64,000 bases of DNA from Stegostoma tigrinum. Lineage: Eukaryota. The stretch spans positions 34,366,728-34,430,727 of the forward strand of contig NC_081370.1 of the NCBI RefSeq assembly GCF_030684315.1. Direction: 5' to 3'. Below the pieces are notes generated by a model. That model worked only from the letters and a program-made list of their open reading frames with translations, had not been told where the DNA came from and made no database searches. A program made the translations under genes and the position numbers. Position 1 is the first letter of the stretch. Each line of letters opens with the position of its first letter. Shown here one piece after another: positions 11,701 to 23,700 of the stretch.

Positions 11701-14700
11701 CATCATGCAGAAACTATAAGACAATGAAACTTGCTAAATCATAGAATCCCAACAGTGTTTGGCCTGCTGACTCCATAGCAACCCTCCAAAGAACATCCCA
11801 CCTAGATCCACCCCTCCCAACCTTATCCCTGTAACCCTGCATTTCCCTTGACTAATTCACATAACCAGCAAATTCTGGGCAATATGAGCAATTTAACATG
11901 GCCAGACCATCCAACCTGCACATCTGTGGACTTTGGGAGGAAACTGGAGCACCTGGAAGAAACCCACATAGTTGGGGAGAATGTGCAAATTCCACACAGA
12001 CATTTCCCTGAGGGTGGAATCGAACCTGGATCCCCGGTGCTGTGAGGCAGCAGTGCTAACTACTGGAGCTCTGTGCCATGTGAATAATCTCCAAATTAAA
12101 ATAAATTACCAAGATTCCACTTTTTTTGTAGCTTTACATTGGTACAAATCAGAACCACCAAATTAAACATGAATTAGCAGATACGTGAAAAGGTAAATTT
12201 GCTTTATATAGTTAATACAACAAGATACAGCATATGCAACCACAAATGTTTGCTTCACTTATTGCTGAAAAGTTTTTTTATTCACATAGGGTGGTTCAGG
12301 AGTCCTATCTGACAATAACGTTCACCTCCAGGGTTCACAGATACAAGTATCATCACTATTAACTCACACCCCTACAGTATCTTCTGTTCCTTGCATCATT
12401 GACATTCCTGAGTGTGTAGCTTTCAAAATTTCTTTTCAGTTGAACAACCAAAAACAAGCTGGTTCACGGTTTGGCCACTTCTGGGAAAACACCAAGCTCT
12501 CTGGCATCTCTGAGCTATCTTCATTGAAATAATTTCAGTACTTAAGCTCTTGTGTCCTAAAGCAGCACAGCACATACAAACATCAATTGGTACTCCTCGG
12601 GTGCCTGCCTTTCTGACATATACTAGGTTATATCACAGTTCTGGAAGAATTGTCATACCTAATTTAGTTTTTATAACACCTTCACAAAACTAACCAAGAT
12701 GCCACCGTTACAAAATCCAACCTCCAAGTATGTGGAAAATTAGGCTTGAATGGCCTCACGATATTCAATAACAAAGTTGCTGGAAAAGCTCAGCAGGTCT
12801 GGCAGCATCTGTGAAGGAAAAAACAGAGTTAGCGTTTCAGGTCCTGTGACCCCTCCTCAGCTCTGAGGAAGGGTCATCGGACCCGAAACGCTAACCCTAT
12901 CTTCTCCTTCACAGATGCTGCCAGACCTGCTGAGCTTTTCTAGCAACTTTGTTTTTGTTCCTGATTTACAGCATTGGCAGTTCTTTCAGTTTTTATCACG
13001 CTATTCAATGTTCTGTCCCAAAATTGATGAGTTGCCAATCCCATCTGAAGCTGAAGCACTGGCTGCAGCTTTATGCATGTATGAGGGTGCGGGGGGTGGA
13101 ATGAGGGGCAGTGAAATGCAACACTTTGTTCAAGAAAACAACATGTGACAATTTATTAAGGGATACTTGAGATCTTTAAAAATAGTGACATTTTCATTAA
13201 TGCAAACTCAAAACACTCTATTTTGTTTGTCTGCAGTATTAGCACCAAAGGTAACAGAAGTTACAGTTGATCCTGTTCACCCAAAGGTGGGAGAACTTGT
13301 AACCCTTTCCTGTAAAGCTTACGATTTCTTCCCAAAAGACAACGAAATATTCTGGCTGAAAGGGTTTGAGAGAACTAAAGATGGAGTTGAAATGGATGAC
13401 ACTGTATTCGATAGCTCGTCTAGTTTGTACTCTCGACGGTCCAAAAGGACATTCAGTCCAACTGACATGGACCATGGAAAAGAGTTCAAAATGCAGATTC
13501 TTCACACTGGGACTTCAAATAAGCCTGTCTCATCCAGTCATGTTTTGAAACTATTTGGTAAGCCTGGTTCCCAACAAGATTTCAGAGTAACAATTACAGA
13601 ATGTTGAAACGTTATTTAGAATGGACGGATGGTTCAAGTTCATTAAGTTGACTAATGTTTTGTCAGGAAGGTTGATTAGTCCATTAAGTTAGGTCGAATG
13701 ATCCATTTCATTGAATCGCCGCAATGTGGAAGCTGGCCATTTGGTCCATCATGTCCGTACCCACCCTTCCGCCCAAACTCTACTCGAACACTGTAACCCT
13801 GCATTTCACATAGCTAATCCCCATAGCCTGCACGTTCCTGGACACTGTGGGCAGTTTAGCATGGCAGTCCGCCTAACCTGCACCACTTTGGACTGCAGGA
13901 GGAAACTGGAGTACCCGGAGGAAACCCAGATGTGGAGAGAATGTGTAAACTCCACACAGTCATCCAAGGCTGGAATTGAATCTGGGTCCCTGGTGCTATG
14001 AGGCACTAGTGCTAACCACTGAGCTACTGTGCCATAGAATATATCACAAGATTTCACTTTTGCGAAAACCAACAAAGCAAATTTTATACGGAACAGGTTA
14101 AACAAGCAAACTTGACATAATGTTTTATAACTATGTATATTGTGCATTCCAGTTTACTTCTTATTGCACCTAAGAATTATCTTCTGAGATTAATCAATCT
14201 TTAAAGTTATTTACTTATGTAGGGACCTCTGACAGGTAAGCCTCAGCTTTCAGGAAATGTCGTCTTGGTTTCAGCTATTCTCCCCAATAAAACCTTAATT
14301 TACCTTCTCTTGACTGAGGAATCTGCTTTTCATTACTTAGAAGTTAAACTGTTCTTCCCTTTTGTAACACAAAACTTCCAAGGGCCATTGTCGGCTTTCC
14401 ATTCATTTCAAGCTGCACAATCTTCCATCTTCTGTTCTCCCATAAAGTCCAAATTGAGATTAAGCCATCCCCGCTCCAAAATACATTAATGATCTTATTA
14501 GTTTTCACTCTACGTAGAGTGCAGATCTGTCTGTCATCTGTTGTGACTATCATCTCTTAGCGAGCTATGTACCACATGAAATCCAATCTGCAACTGGCAA
14601 AGAGTCAGTTTAAATGAAACCAGAAAATCTTGCCAAGAACCACCAATCTGTATAACAATTTAACATGTTCAGGATTAGTGATACCTTATTTAATGTTTAT

Positions 14701-17700
14701 TCTTTAATGTGAATGAGTTTCACAATTTTCCATCATTCACTAAATACTTTTAAATTAATTTCATTCTAAATCCCAGAACAAAGATGTCTCCAAGACTTCC
14801 CAAACTGAGGAATACAAAAATCACATTTCCATGGTTTTTTTAACGCCATAAAATCATCTGCTGTGTTATGATTTTACTTCTCTAACTGTTAACCTCAAAT
14901 AAAAATAGATTCATAGAATCCTTACAGTGCAGAAGGAGGTCATTCAGCCCATCAAATCTGCACTGACTGTCCCTCATTAGACTTCTTGCCTCATTCTGCT
15001 ACACCTATCGCTCAGACCCATCTCACATTCTACCAGCTGTTTCTACTGTTTGTCAAATGCTGCAGTACCCTCTCTGACAGGAAGACGACATTGCTTTTAT
15101 TTTGAAGATGAATTCAACACCGGCTGGAGAGTGTTTTCACTGACATTCCTTGTTTGCCAGTGACCTCCAAATCCATTTTAGTGGCTCCTTTGGCCCTGAT
15201 TTGTGGTATTCCATCTTGCTTCTGGTTTGCTAATCGCAACTTAAACTTCTTGTATCTTAAAGATTTTGACAGTTCATTATTTTCTTTGGAATGGCCAACA
15301 TTATGTATCTGTTTCACTGACCAAAGTTTGGTGGGAAAGGCTGGGGAGACAGATGTTCAAATATTTGTTGATGATGCTTAAACCTGATGCTATAAGGTTT
15401 GTAATCACTTGCGGTTTCATTCAATTTCAACAGGAATACCATATGTTGAAGATATCAAACTTGTTCCACCAGAAGCCAAATATGGTAGTGACCTTACTAT
15501 GACATGCCGTGTCACTAACTTTCTCCCACAAGACATTAATGCAGCTTGGCAACAAGATGGCAACCAGGTAGTCAAGGAAATCTCAGTTAAAGGACCTGTG
15601 AAGGAGAAAGATGGATGCTCTTCTGTGACATTTCAGTTACAAATAAGACCAACTGCACTAAATTTTAATCAAGAATTTTCTTGCCAAGTGAGCCATGTTA
15701 AATTAAAGGCTCCAGTTACAAAAAAGACAGTTTTAATACTTCCAGGTAGGTTTTACCATGACTCTTTTCTTTATAAAATTTGAAAAGTTCCAAGTCATTT
15801 TTAATTGTGGTTGACTAGGTCAAAGAGAATTAATTTGATTTCATCTTTAGAGGTAGGAGAATGGCATGAAACAAACTATTTCAAGATAAATGACCGCGAG
15901 CAAATTAGAATTCAATAACTCTTAAGAATTCAACAGATTGTAGAAGAAACCTTAACTGGTGATACATAAAAGAAGGATTTTTGATTTGAGATCATTATGT
16001 TCGCTGTTTTAAAAATATATCCAAATAAATTCAGCTTTTGAAGTAATTACATTGATAGAAACTAGATCGCAGAAGTTCTGAACATTTTTGTTTTTGCCTC
16101 AGTTTGTCAGTCTTCTAAAAAACTTTTAATATGGATCTTTCTAGTACAAGTTGGACAAAATAGTTAATATTATGATTTTTGAATCCAGTTTTGTTTTGGT
16201 CTGTCTTTTCTGTGACAGTACTTTGTGTGAGTTATAATGCAGTGAACTTTATTCTTTGGGAGCTCCTTTGATATTTATAGGTAAAAATGTCTCTCACTGC
16301 TGCTGTAAAGTGGTATATTGAAATACCCTACCACTATCTTTACTTATAAGGTCAGTGTTGTTTTCAAAAGAATCTTTTGAATATGATCATTAGTTTATCT
16401 TTCATATATTTTGTGTACATCGCAGACTATAAATGTATGTTTAGTTTCATTTTATATTGTTCATCTTAAAGATTAATGGCTGTGGAACAAAATTCAATCA
16501 TTCATAAATCTTTTATTTGTTTTTCAGCTTTGTCTCCTACCTTGTCTTCTATTAAGCTTGATCCAAATTCCTTTGAAGTTAATCAGAAACTAACATTCAG
16601 TGTTACATTGACAAAATATGCTCCTGCTGCAGTCGAAATAAAGTGGTTTAAAAACGAGACACGTTCAAATATGATTCACAAACCTGTGGAAATTGCTAGT
16701 GATGGTCTTTGCTCATCAGTTACAAGCACAGAATTTGTTGCAACTGAGAAGGATGATGAGTGTGTCATCAGATGTGAAGTGTTTCATCCAGCAACAAAAG
16801 AAATTCAAGAGAAAACTTTCACATTATTCCTTAAAGGTGAGTGCCATTTTGTTAGAGATGGGTTGAGAACAAAGCATTTCATCACAGTCACAAACAAAAA
16901 CAGAAATTGCTGGAAAAGCTCAGTGGGTCTGGCAGCACATGTGGAGAGAAATCAGAGTTAATGTTTTGGGTCTAGTGACCCTTCCACGGAACTGTGGACA
17001 GGCCACTGAACCCAAAATGTTAACTCTGATTTCTCTCCACAGATGCTGCCCGACCAGCTGAGATTTTCCAGCAATTTTTGGTTTTGTTTCTAATTTACAG
17101 CATCTGCAGTTCTTTTGGTTTTCATTTCATTAAAATGTTATAATTGTCATGTTGAGTTTCTTGAATGCAATGTATTCATTTGAATGTTTACTTGATGTTG
17201 AAACTTTGTCGATAAACAGATTTTATTGCTGTGCTGAGAATAGTTAATTTGTGATGACTTCAGATTCATTACTCTTAAAAGAGCTACTTAATACTCCAAT
17301 ATTCTAAGGATGTACTACATTTAACTAACTGTTTCTGTGCTCAGGTATTAAAAATGAAGAATCGCCTTATTCAGATCTATTGAAAGATGAAGGTAAAGTG
17401 TTCATCTTGAAAGTTTTTGTTTTGTGCATGTTTGGTTTTAATCCATATTGATGTCAGTGTAGGGTATCAGACTATGCAGAAAATAATGTAGATATAACAT
17501 TTCAGATGGAGAGGAGTGCTGTCTTCATTTCTGGCTATTAGAATGGATCTAATGGGTGATCCTTTTAAAGTGAAACAGGGATGATATGATGTAATCCAGC
17601 ATCCCATTTTCATCATCACTGCCCTAATTACACACAATTGTACCTGTGTTCAAATAGAATTACTGACTAGGGTTGCGAGCTGCTGGGTAAAAGACAAAAA

Positions 17701-20700
17701 CGCCAAACACAAATATTCATATTTCTCCCGATATTATGGATAGAGTATAGTTTGCTGTTCCTAATGCTCTATTCTTTGTAATTTTCCATGAATCTATCAT
17801 GTCAGAAAAGATACGTCATATTTTTAATTTTGTAAGAATTCTATAAGGGAAAGGAAATCAGGTTAGTGAGTGTACAGTGGAAACCCATGACATGTACTCA
17901 CCTGTGGAAGTAATGACCTTTTCCATGTTTAGCCAAGAATGAGAAGGAAATGCACAACTTCAATGCCACCATTGTTTTAATCAAAACTTGTATAGTGTGT
18001 ACATGCATGTACCTGTAGTGATCCAGGTGCTACCTAATTAACAAGGAGGTGGGAGTTAGCTTGATCTTGTACTAATGTGAACTAATCTGTCCAATTTGTT
18101 GAGACATCCCAATCTGACCTAGTCCCATTTGCCAGTGTTTGGTCTGTATCGCTCTAAACCCTTCTTATTCATGTACCCATCCAGATGTTTTTTAAATGTT
18201 TTAATTATAATCACTTACACCACTTCCTCTGGGAGCTCATTCCATATACACACCACCATCTGTGTGAAAAAATTTCCCTTTGGGTCCTTTTTAAATCATT
18301 CCCCTCTCACCTTAAACCTTTGCCCTCTAGTTAGGTGCTCCCCCAACTTGGGAAAACAACCTAATCTATTCACCGTACCCATGCCTGTCATGATCTTATA
18401 AACCTCCGTAAATTGACCCCTCAGCCTTTGATGCTCCAGGGAAAATAGCCCTAGCCTATTAACCTCTTCCCTATGACTCAAACCCACCAGCCCCAGCAAC
18501 ATCCTTGTAAGTCTTTTCTGCACCATGTCAAGTTTAACAACATCTTTCCTACATGAAGGCCACCAGAATAGTACACAGTATTCTGAAAGTGGACTCAGCA
18601 ATGTCCTATGCAGCTGCAGTGTGACATCCCACTCCTACACTCAAGTGCTCTGACCAATGAAGGCAAGCATGCCAAATGCCTTCTTCACTACCCCATCTAC
18701 CTGCCACTCCAGTTTCAAGGAACTATGCACCAGCATGCTTAGGTCTCTTATTCAGTTTACAGGGCCCTACCATTAAGTGTATACGTCCTGCCCTGGTTTG
18801 GCTTACCCAAACTGCAACACCTCACATTTATCTAAATTAAACTCCGTGTGCCACACCTCACCCCATTTGATCAAGGTCCCATTGTGCTCTGAGATAACGT
18901 TCACTGTCCATTACACCACCAATTTTGGTATAATCTCAAACTTTCTGATCATACCTCCTATATTCACATCCAAATCATTGCTATAAATTACAAAAAGCAG
19001 TGGACCCAGCACCGATCTTTGCGGCACATCGCTGATCATAGGCGTCCAGTCTGAAAAGCAACTCTCTATCACCATCCTCTGTCTCCCAGCTTCAAGCCAA
19101 TTTTGTATCCGATTGACTAACTCATCCTGGTTCCCATGTGATCTAACCTTACTAATCAGTCTACTGTGCAGAACCTTGCAAATGCTTTGCTGAAGTCACA
19201 ACAACATTTACCAATCTGTTTTCATCAATCTTCTTTGTCACCACTTCATAAAACTCATTCAAGTCAGTGGATCATGATCCCCCATGCACAAAGCCATGTT
19301 GACTATCCCTAATCAGTCCTAGCCTTTCCAAGTGCATCTAAATTCTATTTCTCAGAATCCCCTCCAACAACTTACCCACCACTAAGGTAAAGCTCACTGG
19401 TCTGTAATTCCCTGGCTTTTATTTACAGTTTTTCTTAAACAATGGCACCTTTTTAGCCAACCTCCAGTCTTCCTGCACCTCTCCCGTGGCTGTCGATGAT
19501 GTACACATTTCAGCAAGGGACCCAGCAATCACTTCCCTAGCTTCCCACAGAGTTCTGGGAAATACCTGATCAGGTCCCAGGGACTTATCCAACTTTTATA
19601 TGTTTTAGTACCTCCAACACCACCTCTTCTGTAACATGAACACTTGTCAAAGACATCACTGTTTACCTCCTCAAGTTTCTTGGCTTCCATGACCTTCTGC
19701 ACAATAAACAATGATGTAAGATATTCACTTTGCATCTCGCCCGTCTCCTGTGGTTTCACACACAGCCAGTTTGATTGTTAAGGGACCCTATCCTCTCCCT
19801 AGTTACTCTTTTTCCATTAATATGCTTGTAGAATCTCTTTGGATTCTCCTTAACCTTATTTGTAAAAGCTGCATTATGTCCCCTCTTTGCCCTTCTGATT
19901 TCCCTCTTAAGTATATTCCTTCTGCCTTTATACTCTAATGATTCACTCATTCCCAGCTGTCTATACTGGATATATACTGCGTTCTTTTTCTTGACCAGAA
20001 CCTCAATTTCTCTGGTCACCCAGCATTCCCTACTCTTACCAGCCTTGCCCTTCAGACTAACAGGAACATAGTATCTCTGAAATCATGTTATTTCATTTTT
20101 AAAGGCCTCCCACTTCCAAAATGTCCCTTTACCTTCGAATAGCCTCGCTCAATCAACATTTGAAAGTTCCTGTCTAATACTGTCAAAATTGACCTTACTC
20201 CAGTTAGAACTTTTAACTTTATGATTAATTCTATCTTTTTCATAACTATTTTAAAGCTAGTATAATTATGCTCACTTGTTCCAAAGTGGTCCCCGACTGA
20301 TTCCCCTGCTTTGCCCTGCCTTATTTCCCACCAGAAGGGCAAGTATTGCTCCTTTTCTAGTATATACATCCACCTCCTGAATAAGAAAGTTATCCTGTAC
20401 ACACTTAACAAATTCCTCCCCATCTAAGCCCTTAACAGCCCCAGTCTGTGTTTGGAAAGTTCAAATCTCCTTTTATTACAACCCTATTACTATTACAGAT
20501 ATCGGATATTTCCTTCTCCATTTCCTGCTGACTGTTGAGGTCCCGATAATGCGATCCCAACAAGTTGATCATCCCATTCTTTTTTAAAGTTCAACCCGTA
20601 TACATCACTGCCGGTCTCCCAGGAATATCCTCCCTAAGTACAACTGTAATGTTATCCCTCACCAAAAACACCCCCACCCACCACTTCTCTTGTCCCCATT

Positions 20701-23700
20701 TCAGTCCTTCCTATAGCATCTCTACCCAGGATATTGAGGTGCCAGTCCTGTCCATCCCTGAGCTGCATTTCTATAATAGCTGTAATATCCCAGTCCCATC
20801 TTCCCAACTATGCTCTGAGTTTGTCTGCCTTACAAGTCAGTCTTCTTGCATTGAAGTAAATGCAGCTTAATTTATCAGCTTGGCAGTAAATCTCTGATTC
20901 GGACCTGCTGTAGGCTCCCTGGTTTGGTACTGTATTCATTATCTCTTTGTTCCCTGTATGCCTCTGCCTAAGTCTTTTGGTCTGTACATCCTTTACTTAC
21001 TATGATCTGCCTGTATGTCATGACAGATCAAATGAGTAGCAAGAGATGCATATCTCCCTGGAAGCCACTGATTAATTGATTGATTAATTTATTGTCACGT
21101 GTACCGAAATACAGTGAAAATTTCTGTTTATGAGCTATACAGGCAGATCATAGTAAGCACGGGATGTACAGATTAAAAATAGTTAGATAGAGGCATACGT
21201 GTTACAATGCACAGAGTGTGTGCTAGGCAAGATTAGTTTTAACAAGATCAGCATTATTTGAGGCTAGAGAGTCCGTTCTTCAGTCCAATAGCGGCTGGGA
21301 AGAAGCTGTTCCTGAACTTGCTCGTACGTGTGTTCAGGCTTCTGTATCTTCTGCCTGATGGAAGAGGTTGTATGAGTTTATTAACGGGGTGTGATGGGTC
21401 TTTGATGTAGGCACCCTCTCTGCAGCAGCGAGCTGTGTAAATGGAGTCCACAGATGGAATGCTGGCTTCCGTGATGGTCTGGGATATGCACACCACCTTC
21501 TGCAGTTTCTTACAGTCCCGAGCAGAGCAGTTGCCATACCAGGATGGACATTCTTGCCGTTGAGGGAGTGCAGCGTAGGTTCACGAGGTCAATTCCTGGA
21601 ATGGTGGGATTAGCATATGTTGAAAGATTGGAGCGACTGGGCTTGTATACTCTTGAGTTTAGAAGGATGAGCGGGGATCTGATTGAGACGTATAAGATTA
21701 ATAAGCGGTTGGACACTCTGGAGGCAGCCCAGCTCGTCCTCTCCCCCCACTGCATCCCAAAACCAGCCCAGCTTGCCCTGGCCTCCCTAACCTGTTCTTC
21801 CTCTCGCCTATCCCCTCCTCCCACCTCTAGCCGCACCTCCATTTCCTACCTACTAACCTCATCCCGCCTCCTTGACCTGTCCGTCCTCCCTGGACTGACC
21901 TATCCCCTTCCCTACCTCCCCACTTATACTCTCCTCTCCACCTATCTTCTTTTCTCTCCATCTTCGGTCCGCCTCCCCCTCTCTCCCTATTTATTTCAGA
22001 ACCCTCTCCCCATCCCTGTCTCTGATGAAGGGTCTAGGCCCAAAATGTCAGCTTTTGAGCTCCTGAGATGCTGCTTGGCCTGCTGTGTTCATCCAACTTC
22101 ACACTTTGTTATCTTGGATTCTCCAGCATCTGTAGTTCCCATTATCTCTATCTCCCTTTTGTCGTTTGACTCATTGTTGTTTGATGTCCGTCCCACTACT
22201 GTGGTGTCGTCAGTGAACTTGTATATGGCATTCATTCAGAAGTTGGCAACACAGTTCTCCAGTTCACCCATCATCTGCACAATTCTTCTGAACTTGTCTT
22301 ATATCTACACACAATATAAAACTAAACTGCTAGATTATTCTGATTTTGAGCAAATGGTCAAGGAATCCTGATTCATATGCCAGTAACTTCTCACTGCATG
22401 TTCATTGCTCAATACACCCCCTTCACGTAGTCTCTGATGGATGTCTCTGCCCTGATGAATGGGAGAGAGCGAATGAATGCTTGTTTCTGCACTACAGTCT
22501 GGTTGCACTGAAATCATACTTGAAGGTATATCTAGACAAATAAAACAAATAGACTCTTTGAAATGGTACTCATCAGTTTTAGCGGAAACAGTAGTATGGA
22601 TTTCATGTTGTGCTTCTAACTTGTTGGCTGTATCACCTAAAGTGCTTTAGTTAGTATCTATATAGCTACATTCACATTGAAATGGCATATTTCAGTTTTT
22701 GGGACTTAACTGACTACTGATGCTTTGTCCCAATTTTAAAGTCTTTAACACAATTAGTGGAAGCTATGTTATGTAGTAGATAGCCATGAATGCACTATCT
22801 TCTTGGATCTTCCTGACCTGGAGGTGACTGAAGCATTTTGTGCCATGAAGTGACCTTTTGCTAAATAGATGATTTCATGCTAACTATCCTCCATATCTTC
22901 TGCAGCTCTCTTTTTGTCACTTCCCAAAGTGTATTATGTTCCATAATTGCTTCAAATTTAGTAAAAATTTCTCATGTTGGAAACATGCCCATTTTGATGT
23001 GTAACCCATGATTTTTGCCCAGGTGAATACATTCTAGTCATGTGGCTTTTAACTATTCATCTGGTGTGAGGTAACAACATTTTAATCTCACACTCAGTTT
23101 TCCCAGTTTGAAGAACAGGATTCCTTCTTATATTTTGATTCTTGAATATTTTTGTTTCTTCTCTCATCCATGACTACGCCTTCATTCTTCCATGAACTCC
23201 ATGTCTTCTGTATTGGGACAGTAGATAGCTAGATGTTCTCTCACTAATGTTATGGTTTTTATTTTCATCTTGAACATTAAGGCCCATAATTAATGCAGGT
23301 GTGTTGCTGACTGTTGGTAAAGTAGCTTAGTATTCGTAGAATGTTGGAAGTAGTTTAGGTTAGAATCAAAAGACCCCTTGTGTAGGAGTGCAGAGTGTTC
23401 GCTGGAACTACTGAATATCATTGTTTTCCTTTTGGTAATTAAAGTAAAATCTATTTATTTGTTATATTATTAAGAGTTTTACCGATCTCAATTTTTATTC
23501 CACCCTGCAATTTTACAGGGGTATCACAGATAACTTGCGAGACACCACATCCTCAAGCTGGCCAACCTGTAACGATTTCCTGCACTGTTACGGGATCTTC
23601 TTTAGAAGACACACACATCACTTGGTACAAAGATATTTATCCTTTAGATGAAACCAGCTGCATTAAAAAGAAACCATTTGAAACTGGTGTAGGTTTCACC

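Noticed and set aside
10173-16836. Immunoglobulin heavy-chain (IgW/IgNAR/IgM) constant-region locus
   Set aside because: The TM exon precedes the C1 array, I saw no RSS, D or J segments or secretory tail, and the V exon is a complete B7-type domain including its G strand.
21544-22371. 275-aa ORF
   Set aside because: It is a chimera of CR1, Penelope terminal and Rex1-like fragments with no coherent protein.
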